From Lytechinus pictus (lineage: Eukaryota): a stretch of DNA of 64,000 nt. This document shows positions 1 to 13,296 of this stretch, piece after piece. The translations under genes were made by a program, and so were the position numbers. Position 1 is the first letter of the stretch. The number at the start of each line of letters is the position of its first letter. The notes under the pieces are model-generated. The model was not told where the DNA came from. It did no database searches and saw only the letters and a program-made list of their open reading frames with translations. Location of the stretch: NCBI RefSeq assembly GCF_037042905.1, contig NC_087252.1:26476001-26540000 (forward strand). Direction: 5' to 3'.

Positions 1-151
1 ACATTACATTCATCTAATCGCGATCACTTATGTAATTTTTATGAATAGAGACATAGAGAGATAAGTTTTAGAGTTTTTTTTTAAATAGAAAATATTTATT
101 ACAAAGAAAAACAAGCAGTAATATGGTTGCAGCGCAGTGGTTTGCAGCTCA

Positions 152-300
152 TGGGCCCCATTGCATAAGAGTTACTGTTGTTTCTTTGTCTTCTGATGGT
201 AATTACCATGGCAACAGCCAATCAAAATCAAATATTTCAGGGAAGTTACCGTTGGATGGCAAAGTTACTATAAGAGTAACTTATGTGCACCAGGGTCCTG
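152..300. mobile_element. Short MITE, GGGCCC(C)RTTGCATAA-ended family with an internal CCAAT box; relatives at 10207-10348 and 34359-34886
   Basis: Imperfect terminal inverted repeats (gggccccattgcataagagttac / gtaacttatgtgcaccagggtcc); shared core cagccaatcaaa...ttggatggcaaagtta recurs in the other copies. Confidence 0.6.
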
Positions 301-316
301 ATCATACTAAATCCTA

Positions 317-484
<168 letters not shown>

Positions 485-530
485 TTACCAAACCGAGTTT
501 CTGCCATAGTGGCCTTATGTTACAGAGATA

Positions 531-759
531 CAGTGGTACCGGTACTAATAAAAAGTTAGTGAACCCCACCAGAAAATAGACATATTTAAAAGTGTTCAAG
601 TTCTGTCATGCTTAATATAGATATTAGATTGTGAAGTCAGGTGATGGCATGTTTGTTTCTCTCGGCTCGCCGGACATTGTAGCATTGTTGTCTACATTCA
701 ACACTCAGCATGAAGGAGTGCATTTTCTAGTGGGGTTCACTAACTTTTGAGCACCACTG
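531..759. mobile_element. Tc1/mariner-like MITE
   Basis: Starts TA|CAGTGG and ends CCACTG; inverted repeats aaaagttagtgaaccccaccagaaaat / attttctagtggggttcactaactttt. Confidence 0.7.
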
Positions 760-1739
760 AAAGTTTGATGACAAAACTGAGTCCCTGCCATAGTGGCCTT
801 ATGTTACAGAGAAATATCCAGTGTCCTGCATTCATTTCATATTCAAATGCATAATTTGTTAACTTATTGAATACTAAATACTGTAATTCCCATAGATTTT
901 GTACAGGTGCCACCCGGTTCCAGCTGACAAAGGGTTGACATCCGTTTCCTGTTTTATCTGTGGTGTGGGGGATATCAAATAGGAAGAGCTGAAAAGGCCG
1001 AAGTGTTGAAATTGGAAGAATGCTGGAGTGTCACAGTTCCATGTTATTTTTAAGTCTTTTAATGGAAAATGGAAAATAATTGAATGAAAATGAATGATAA
1101 TAAGAAGAATTTTAGTTATTTGTGTATATGAATATAAAAATGACACAAGTCTATGATGTTTCAGTTCATTTTGTTTATATTTAATTGGGATTTTGTTCAG
1201 CATTTCATTCCTTACTGCCATTTCTGGGAGGACTTTCGGGACATGAACCACACACACGATGGACTCATGTATATGCAATAATTTCCAATGTGTATTTACT
1301 CAATTTCATGTAGCGAGATGGACTTAGGTTGTATTTATATTTGTGTACTTATTCACGGCAGGGGAAAAAAAATTAAATGGAGGCTCGGGCGATCTTGCCC
1401 CCGAAATGTTCCAAAAGAGCTCTGGAAACTGGCAACCTTTTCTAGTTCAAGCTGTGTGTGGTTGAATACACTGAACTTTATATAAAGAGGGAAAAGAGGG
1501 GAACAAAGAAAAGGTTGTACAAAAAAAGCGAAAAGCTATTAACCGCACCTATTTCTGTTACAAAACGACGTGTAAAGTTTGACACATGAATTTTAAAAAG
1601 AGGTAGCGCTCACGTTTTGGATCCTAAAATTGGCAATAATGAAAAGCTTCATGCCTTCATTTCCATACAAATTGGCAATTAGCTTTTCGATAGTACCTGG
1701 CTGTAAGTAATCTGATCACGTGCATGGCTTACATGAAAC

Positions 1740-2440
<701 letters not shown>

Positions 2441-2609
2441 TTATGCCAGGTTGTTTGTAATGCACCAAGAGTGAGTGGTTGTAGAAAAGCAATGGCATCA
2501 CCAAATTTACAATAAATCCATAGATCCATCATTAATCTATTCATTTAGTCATCTGTTTTGTATCAATATTTTCTATTCATTCCATCTATTTTCTATCTAA
2601 TCCATCCAT

Positions 2610-2621
2610 CAATCTATCTAA

Positions 2622-2684
<63 letters not shown>

Positions 2685-2860
2685 GTCAATCTGTCAATCT
2701 GTCAATCTGTCAATCTGTCAATCTGTCAATCTATCAATCTATCAATCTATCAATCTATCAATCTATCAATCTATCAATCTATCAATCTATCAATCTATCA
2801 ATCTATCAATCTATCGATCTATCGATCTATCGATCTATCGATCTATCTATCTATCTATCC
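2610..2860. repeat. Compound microsatellite (TCTG)n-(TCTA)n-(TCAATCTG)n-(TCAATCTA)n-(TCGATCTA)n
   Basis: Directly visible; flanks ~2520-2620 and ~2865-2990 are duplicates of each other. Confidence 0.95.
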
Positions 2861-2992
2861 CCATCCATCCATCCATCGTTAGTCTACTCATTTAGTCATC
2901 TTTTGTGTATCATTATCTATCTTCTATTCATTCTATCTATTTTCTATCTAATCCATCTATCTATATATTTTCTATCTAATCTAATCTATCTA

Positions 2993-3259
<267 letters not shown>

Positions 3260-3893
3260 TCAACATTTTTCTCATGGGACAGGTTATCAGATCTGATAAC
3301 TTTCCTTCATTTTGATTGGCTGAGAAGCACTGTTACTATGGTAACTGTCAGATAATGTATTATACTACTCCTATCATGAAACACTCCCCTGATATAAAAG
3401 AATGTGAAGTATATTCAATTTTGCTGCAATAGTGTAAAAAGATTACACTAAAGTATTGCCAATTTGACCGTCTTCCTCCATAAGGATCCATACAAAAATT
3501 AATTACTCTCTACAGGATATATCTCAATGTGAGGAAAATTTCAAATCTTCAAACAGGCCTTTAATTTCCAATATTTGCAGGGCAAAGCCACTTTTTCAGT
3601 TGTAAAAATTGATAAGGGCACATGAACTATCAAAGTTTAATGAGAGGGGATTGAGGCACATAGGTCGTCCAACCTGACGCGGTGGCCTAAAAGATTACCT
3701 AGTTACATTTACAAGTTCTTTGGAAAAAAAAAGTCAAAACACCCCCCCAAAAAAAATTCCCCAATCACAGTTGCCAATTGCAAGTTTTTCCTTTATAAGA
3801 GTCATGCTGGAAATATTTCAACTTGGGCAAACTTGAAATAAAGAGCCAAACAACCCATCCCTCTAAAAAAAATCCCACAGTATTGCCAATTTA

Positions 3894-4250
<357 letters not shown>

Positions 4251-4414
4251 TTAATAGATGGTTATGTGTATCAAAAGCCAGTGAATGAATGGTTTGTTTT
4301 AAAATGCAGTAAACTGTATCTAACAAAACAGTTTAAAAAACATTTTTTTAACAATTCTTCAATTGAAATTTGATCAGACAGGTCTGAAATCAGGTTTGAT
4401 TGTGTCATCTTTAT

Positions 4415-5200
<786 letters not shown>

Positions 5201-5255
5201 TTAAGACTTGAATTCACCTTAAAGTTGAATTGATATGGGTGGTTTGAATCCTATA

Positions 5256-5680
5256 CAGTCCGACCTCTCTTACCCGTACACGTTGGGACCAGCACCAATC
5301 CGGATAAAGGATTTATCCGGATCTGGGAGACCCAATATCAAATACACGCAGCTACCTCCCCTTCAGCGGTAGCTGCACGTAATCTATTGTAGTGGGCGTA
5401 CAAACAGTATTCACTGCAGTGTCAGTGCAAATTATAGGCGGTATTTTTACGGAAATGAAATCGATCGATGGCCAAAACTCTTGGATAATTTACATGCTAA
5501 AATGATTGAGGTATACATCGAGCATACCTCGAAAGACAGAGAAAGACTCGATGAAACTAAGTTTTACAATTAGATCATCGCGGCGGGTATCGCAGCTTTG
5601 CAATGTCAGCCATTGTTATACTGACTGTAGACTCTGTGTCAAATAGCCAGCCACAGTACAGTACATAGTGCATATAGTCG
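5256..5680. mobile_element. One end of a pogo/Tigger-like DNA element; other end not found, right boundary approximate
   Basis: TA|CAGTCCGACCTCTCTTACCCG start followed by atccggataaagga...tccggat subterminal motifs typical of this class. Confidence 0.5.
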
Positions 5681-6169
5681 CACTTTGCGAATTGTGAAAA
5701 CCAAGGGTCTGCACCTGCAGGCTAAATGTTTGGCACATACATATCATCACATTTTCTCCACTCTATTAAACTCTTCTAGCAAATTCACAAGTTGTTATTT
5801 TTGCCACGAATTCTCAAACAGTATTGTGTCTAGCAATGGCATTCTACAGATTTTTACAAAATTTGGTGGTGTTGGTCATTACATGCACATGAAAATTAAA
5901 CCATCAAAGAATTGTCAACTGCTACAGTAAATGACTTCTCTCAAAATACATTGAAGGAAATAACACCAACATTTAAAAAAAAAATTGAGGGCTACTTTTC
6001 ACAACTGATGAGGATATTTAGGTGCTCATAATTTTAAAGTTTCCACGGCTCTTTAGAACATTCAGGGGGCAAAATCGCAGAGCCCCTCGTGAAATATTTC
6101 CCCCTGGTATATGTATTTTTGAAATAAATGAATAACAAATAAAGCCCCTACCCCCCCCCCCCCCTCCCA

Positions 6170-6923
6170 CTACCAATATAATTTTAATTCTGTCAAAGAT
6201 ACTGTGGAGTTCTCAGGACATTTTTTCAGGACAAGCTGCAACCCTGAGTGCCGGGGACCAGGCAGATGGGTAGAATATCATTATGATCTAAATCCTACCA
6301 TGCCATCTGTTATGATAGCAAATTAAATGATTTGATGGGTGTATGCTCCAATTGCACTTCCACCAATAAGGTCACAATATGATGTTCTCAATGAGCGTCA
6401 TTCATGAGTGCTATTCAAGCATACCAGGTCCAATAAATAAAACTAAACCTTATTTTCGGGGCTACTTTGCATGACCTACTGCCTAAATTTGGAACAACAT
6501 AAAACTTTAGCAATGCAGTCAGTGGGAATATTCCAGGGCTCTTGAGAGCACTTGGAGGGTAAAATCACCCCCATGCCCCTACATGTATGTGTATTTTTTC
6601 CAGAGGCATACCATAAGCAAGAGAATTTGGTGAATTCCAATGGCAAGAGAATTTAGTAAACTTCAATGGTAAGAGAATTTGGTGACTTCAAATGGTATGT
6701 TATCTGTATTCAAACATGCCATTACCATAGGGATGATATTTTGATACTTTCAAATATGTATTTTATTCTGTACCTTTCCATGAGCACCGCATCCGACCAC
6801 AGAAATAATCTGGTATCTCCAAAGAATCCCTTCTTCATAAATGTTATGGTAGGTCTTTGGTTTCCGTATCAAATCATCGTCCCACAGCGAAAAGAACAAC
6901 TCGAAGTCAAGCAATTCCCTCAT
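6170..6923 (-). pseudogene. Nested, highly diverged DYRK/CMGC-like kinase remnant inside a DYRK1A intron, same strand
   Basis: Colinear motifs: WDDD...YHNIYEEGILWRYQIISVVGCGAHGK|gt (6774-6923), KVAPKI (6451-6468), then ALMN..IVTL-13aa-FNLLS (6313-6411) in the same frame as VAPK with DYRK-identical spacing; several in-frame stops in the second block. Confidence 0.55.
6617..6697. repeat. 26-bp tandem repeat x3
   Basis: gcaagagaatttggtgaattccaatg repeated three times with substitutions. Confidence 0.85.
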
Positions 6924-9507
6924 GATTTGGTCTTGGTGATAATCAGGAATTTTTTAAAGGAGTTTTTTTTTTGTGATTTAGTTTTTACAAATGTGAATCA
7001 ATCAGATATGATTAATTTGATTATTTAAATCTGGGGCCAGCAGTTAACATCACCATCCAAACAATATGTCTTAAATCTGGAACTTCTGCATCACTTCGTA
7101 ACTTTGCCAGAAATTTAAACTGAAAGGACATCAAACAATGACTAGAGTAAAAAACTGTATTCTCAATGATAGAGGGCACTATAGTACTGCAACCATGAAT
7201 TTATTTCCATCTAGGAAGTTTGAAATTCTAATGTGTACTTTGTCCAACTTATTTCACAACATGAAGTGCAAAATCAATCGTCACCAAATTGTTCAACAAT
7301 AGAGGAAAGTCTATGAATCTGTCCATTCATTTTTCTGGTATCCAATTTGCAAGTTACGTAGAATACAAGGGCATATATCCAACATGTATCCAATTTTCGT
7401 AGAACTTCACTACATCTGTATCCAGCACATACACAAACGAGAATTACATTTCTGACACATCCTATAGAACTTAGAACTTATAATGCGAAGTTCTTTCAAA
7501 GGCAAAACGAAATCACAAGAAACCTAAATACATGGAAACTTTTTTCTGATGCAGAAATTATCACGAAGATCGAGAAATTAAGGCACCAAGGACTCTTATT
7601 CCAATATAATTCCAAGGCACATCATAGAAAGAGGTAGAATGTTCCAATATGTTTGTGGTTGGCCCTTGGCTTGAAAAATGAGGCATTTCAGTAAACTTTC
7701 CAGGCTTTTCATGCATTCCACAAACATGTGTTCCGTGGGCAGCGATTCAAGTTGGAACTTGTCTGGACCTGTTACGACCCCCTGACACTGCAGCGGGGCA
7801 ATGCACTACGGGAGCCGAGCAGAACAAGAACTCCCCAACAAATAAACCTGGGGGTGGGACTGCAGTAGCACTTTCTGGTAGAAGGATTGCAATAACAATA
7901 CACTGGATGTATCATGTCCTTTGCAACTTGGTGCCACACAAAGAAAGAATGAATTATGGATTGGAGAAGAGGCCATTTGAAAGGAATTAGTCAGTCACTG
8001 GTCAAAGTTTGACTGGTCAAACTGGTATTCATTGAGAGATTAACCCTTCTAATCCTGACCACTGGATACCCTAGGCTCTTTGACAGGTATGTGAGTACAT
8101 TGTAGTGGGTGAAGGATTAGGGTAGGAAAGAATTGTCCGACCATTGACAAGCTGTTTAAGTAGCATAGGTTTCCCAAGAAGCTTAGCGCTATTATTCAGT
8201 GGTAATACATGTACATGTAAGTATTACAATTCCATCCCACACACGCAAATGTAATTCTTTAGATGTTTGAGACTCTGCATTATGACATGAAAAACATGTA
8301 GAATTCACTTTCAAATGATCTTCACAGAGTTGGACTTGGAGTGATATATTAGTCTCGCAGCACTACTTCTCAAAATCTTTCGTCTGGAGATTCAGAAAGC
8401 CAGACAGACACACTACCTCATCGCAAATAGAATTATAATACCGGAATAAAGGATTTCTGTGTATCCATTGCATTAACCTATCTTGCCTTTATAAATTAGC
8501 AAAGTTAGTTCCAATGGTTTGGCAAGTGAAACTGCATAATCCTTATTCCTCGTTCTTTCAAGTAACCTATTCTGTAATCTCCACCTGACCAGCTTTCACA
8601 AAGCTTTATTAAGAAACTTTTTCTTTGACTTCTTCCACCTATGAAGCAAAACCTTGATATGAAGCCACCATGTCAGTGGCTTTATATGATCATGGCATTG
8701 CTGGTGGAGGATATTTGCTCCAGTGTCCGGTACTCTCATCAATTCTTGTGACAAAGGAAATTTTTATCCAATGGTTAATTTTAGATCCTGAATGGTGAAG
8801 GATTATCACTAATCCTAAGGATTGAATGATTTTGTAATCCTCTAACAGTGATTAGATAGCTTCAGACCATAGGTCAAGTTTTGTCCTTATCTTTATTTTC
8901 TGTTCTCAAGAAAATAACTTCACACTTATTGAAAGATCATAATAGAAAGGAGATAATCCTCCTTTGAACTTTTTAAAAGGTTAGTACTATCTTTGACATT
9001 GTGTCCTTAAGAAGGTTACTTTTCTGATCACTTTTTTTTCATACCTCATACCTCTTGCAAGCTAAGTATTGTCTTAATCTTACTTATCACTCTGAGGAAA
9101 TTAATTTTCTTGAAATGCGCTGCTTGGCTTGATCATTGTCTTCCACTAACTTAATGCCCTTACAACAGTAACTTCCTAGAACTTCTTTAAGAACATTAAT
9201 GTCTTTTACTTTTATATGCTAAGAAAAAAAATCTTTGCACATGGCAGATCAGTAATCTTCAACTTACCTGCGTTCTGAAGATGATAACTTTCTTTGCACT
9301 TCTTGACAAATCAGTAAATATAATGTCTTTGATATATTTCATGTTCGTTAGATCAGCACTGTCTTCGACTTACTAGCACTGAAGGAGGTACCTTTATTCC
9401 AATTCATCTAGTATTTTTTGTCACCTTTTGGGAGTTTTGTAAGCAAAATGATGTATTGTGCATGGATAACAGATTGCGACCATGAAGCAAACTACTATAA
9501 TTGATCA

Positions 9508-9765
<258 letters not shown>

Positions 9766-10959
9766 TCAGAATTGAAAAGTGAATCAGTGCAATTCTTGCT
9801 TGGGCATTTCTTGAGGCATTTTATCTCTGATTTTTTTTCTGCTAACGAATTCTTTTATTTTCAATCAACCAAACAGGTCTGTGGATTTCAGAAGCTTAAG
9901 CCTATAGAGGTTGTTGGTAAAGATCGATGGTGAATTATTTTGTGACATGCCCCCACCCATTGCTACTCTTATTTTTATTATTTATAATTAAGTTTTCTTG
10001 TCTTTTCAATTTCATGGGGAAATTCTTTTCATACATGTAAATAAACAATTATTTTTTATATAATGCACGTACATGAACTTCAACGAATGATAAATGTTAT
10101 ATTTAAAAAAGAACTAGAAATACATATTGTCCCTGTATTTAACACTGAATCACTGTGTTTATTATTTGACATTGCCCCCCACCCCATGTGATGGCCAATT
10201 TGATATCAGGGGCCCGTTGCATAATTCCCATGCAATGGTAACTTGCATGGAATCCTTGATTCTGATTGGCTGTTGATCAGTATTGCCATGGTAATTTCAT
10301 GTACCATTGGATGTCAAAGTTATCGTAACTTTTATGCAACAGTGCCCATATTCGTAATTGCTCATGTCTTTGTTTACCTTATTAGGCTAAGATGTAAACA
10401 AAGACACACACATCATTTGTGACAAACTATTTCAAGGCAATTTCCTCAATCACACAGTTTTTGTAAAAAGAACTGCAATTAAATAAACCACAGCAGGATA
10501 ATGGACAAAAACATAAATTTACTTAAAATCAACTGCTAAAATACCAAATTGATTACAAAAAATGAAAACTACAAGAAGAGGCCTCACAATACCTGATAAT
10601 TGAATATTCTGTGCATTCACGAATGAATGAACCAGATAAATTACAAGCCAGCAAGACTGGCATTCTCATAGAAATGATACACATTCTTCGTAGCTCAGAT
10701 CTAGGGTTCTTGTTCTTTGTTTTCACATTGCACAAAGTACACTCGCCACCTTGCATTGATTCCTATGAAAGTTCTCCTCATTTTGAAAAGCAATTAATAG
10801 CTAGCAGGCCTTCTTTCAGTATGATGGTATTAAATATATCTTCGGTTTCACATTTTTATAATATCTAGTATTTTTGTGAATGAGGGAATATGGAAGCACC
10901 CAAAGACTTTTTCCTTAAAGCTGCAGTATATATTTTGTATCATAATCAAACTAACTTAC

Positions 10960-11130
10960 CTCATTGATGTGTTTATAAGTCTTGATTAGGTCAATGCTCA
11001 GCTTCCTAAGGGGGGCATGGGTCGCGTCCCTGAACGTGTGAGGGATACGACTCTGCATCGCTGCCATCTCCTCCGCCTGCTGCTGCAGGATGGGCTCACG
11101 ATGTGCCGCGTTGGGGCCAATAGGGGTCTC
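10960..11130 (-). CDS. DYRK1A: DYRK1A coding exon (N-terminal conserved region): [57 protein letters not shown]
   Basis: tttttatAG acceptor, GAG|GTAAGT donor; 171 nt, phase 0-0; [19 protein letters not shown] is diagnostic of class-1 DYRKs. Confidence 0.97.
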
Positions 11131-11485
11131 CTATAAAAAAAACGGGCAAAGAACATGGAAATTAGTACGTGGGACTGTACAAAATCATATGATGATGGCG
11201 GTAGTTATGGGAAGGCCATTAGGGGTCTCCTAAAAACAGGCAAAGAACAAACATGGAAACAAGTATGTGGGACTGTACAACATGATGATGGTGGTAGTTT
11301 TGTGAAGGCCAATAGGGGTCTTCCAAACATAGGCAAAGAGCAGACATGGAAGTTAGTATGTGGGACAGTAAAAAATGATGATGGCGGTAGTTTTGTGAAG
11401 GCCAATAGGGGTCTCCTAAACACAGGCGAAGAGCAGACATGGAAATTAGTATGTGGGACAATAGTAAAAGATGGTAATAATGGTG
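11114..11485 (-). repeat. ~93-bp tandem array x4 containing the acceptor and first ~16 nt of exon 10960-11130
   Basis: ggccaataggggtctccta-like unit at 11115, 11214, 11307 and 11400, with shared catggaa..agtatgtgggac..gatgatggcggtagtt body. Confidence 0.92.
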
Positions 11486-11489
11486 ATCA

Positions 11490-11728
11490 TGTTTGGAAGA
11501 TATAGATTTAAATAGTGAAGATGAAACGGAATGTGATATCAATGATTAGGATTTTAACAGTGATGATGGTTCAGTGGATGGTGATGATACTGAATTTGAC
11601 GAGGAGGAGGATGATAATGTTGATGAGGATGATGACAGTGATGATGATGATGACAACAATGATCATAGCAATGATAACAGAGAAAATCATGGTAATACTA
11701 GTAGCAGTGGTGGTAGTGGTGGTAATGA
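11490..11728. repeat. (GAT/GGT/AGT)n low-complexity trinucleotide tract
   Basis: Directly visible. Confidence 0.85.
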
Positions 11729-12113
11729 TAGAGTTCCCAGCTTTTCAAGAAAACAAAATTCCCTGATTTTTCCCTGATGCAGTTTAATAATTCCCTAATA
11801 ATTATTAAAACCCATCCCCAGTTTCGCATGTTTTCTAAGTTGTTGCAGTGAATTACACTTATTATCGCCATAAAAAACAATAATGTAAAACTAATTAGTA
11901 CCACCATAACCAGTAATTCAAAGGATGTTGTTTTGATATGCAACAAAATATAACAGTCTGACTGACTACCGTGCTTTCGACTTTTGGGCTGATCAAAATT
12001 CCCTGATTTTTCCCTCATTTGAGGTATTTTGTTTATCAAATTCCCTGATTTTTCGCGGACTGGAAAAAAGTAAAATAATTTTCCCCGATTTCCCTGATTG
12101 GCTGGGAACCCTG
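11729..12113. mobile_element. hAT-like MITE with TTCCCTGA subterminal repeats
   Basis: TIRs tagagttcccagc / gctgggaaccctg; ttccctgatttttccc repeated near both ends. Confidence 0.65.
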
Positions 12114-12174
12114 GATAGTAGTAGTAGTTGTGATGGTGGGAGTGTATTATTACAACATTGCTTGCCCTACATAC

Positions 12175-12299
12175 CTGTGAGGCTGGATGATTAGCTGGCT
12201 GTCCGTTGAGTTGGTTGCTCGAGCAGTGCACCGACATTTCGCCGTTCATCTGCTCCGTCAAACAATATACATCATCACAACCATTCAGACTACGGCGCC
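12175..12299 (-). CDS. DYRK1A: Most 5' recognisable DYRK1A exon: (G)RRSLNGCDDVYCLTEQMNGEMSVHCSSNQLNGQPANHPASQ; contains two candidate start Mets
   Basis: Strong tttctgtttgtgttttccAG acceptor, CAG|GTATGT donor in phase 0 matching the next exon; open frame, but the peptide is not a conserved motif. Confidence 0.75.
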
Positions 12300-12381
12300 C
12301 TGGAAAACACAAACAGAAAAAGAAAAGATGATCAACCATTAAGCCTTACAAATATATGAACCCAATAAAATGTTTTTATGT

Positions 12382-12690
12382 GAAGGGGAATGAAACCCTT
12401 GGAACAAGAGGGCTTGTGTGGAAAGAGAAAAATCACAGAATAAGATTTCATCAAGTTTGAGAAAAATTTGACAAATAATGAGAAAGTTATTAGCATTTAA
12501 ATATATTGAGATCACTAATGGCAAGGAGATCCCTCCGTTGGCAATGCGACATACATTACAATAATGATCTAAAGTTCAAATGACCATAACTTTCTTATTA
12601 TTCACTCAATTTTTCTCAAACTTTTGTTGATCTGTATTTTATTTTTCTGTTTTCACACAAGCTATCTTGTTCCAAAGGTTCCATTTTACT
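12382..12690. mobile_element. Internally deleted TTAA-type MITE, same family as 22818-23400
   Basis: gaatgaaacccttggaacaag / cttgttccaaaggttccattt inverted ends; gagatcactaatg..ggagatcc..ttggcaatgcgac shared with the 22818 copy. Confidence 0.7.
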
Positions 12691-12694
12691 TTAA

Positions 12695-13296
12695 AGGTCA
12701 AGTCCACCACAGCAAAATGTTGAATTGAATAAATAGAGAAAAATTAAACAAGCATAACGCTGAAAATTTCATCAAAATCGGATGTAAAATAAGAAAGTTA
12801 TGACACATTAAGATTTCGCTTATTTAAAAAAAAACAGTGATATGCACAAGTCAGTGACATGCAAATGACAGAGCCGATGATGTCCATCACTCACTATTTC
12901 TTTTGTTTTTTATTGTTTGAATTATACAATATTTCATTTTTAACAAATTTGACAATATGGACCCACTTGACTAAACCATGTAGTATTAAACAATGCTAAT
13001 TCCATATGTTCAGGGAGGAATTATTGTTGTTTCACTTGACACTGAGGAGAAAAATGAAATATTTCATATTTCATATAATAAAATACAAAAGGAATAGTGA
13101 GTGGATGATGTCATCAGTCTTCTCATTTGCATACCGACCAGGATGTGCATATAACTGTTTTGTGAAATTAAGCGAAACTTTAAAATGTCATAACTTTTTT
13201 ATTTTACATCCGATTTTGATGACATTTTCAGTGTTTTGTTTGTTGGATTTTTCTCTTTTTATTCAAATAAACTTTTTGTTGGGGTAGACTTATCCT
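12695..13296. mobile_element. Kolobok-like non-autonomous element (TTAA TSD, AGG...CCT termini, long TIRs)
   Basis: TTAA|AGGTCAAGTCCACC ... GGTAGACTTATCCT|TTAA; ~130-bp inverted arms; second full copy at 29811-30413. Confidence 0.85.

Noticed and set aside
11155..11505. 116-aa plus-strand ORF with 31-aa repeats
   Set aside because: A by-product of the 93-bp (multiple of 3) array; no independent gene evidence.
11515..11777. Acidic or Met-rich ORFs
   Set aside because: (GAT)n low complexity.
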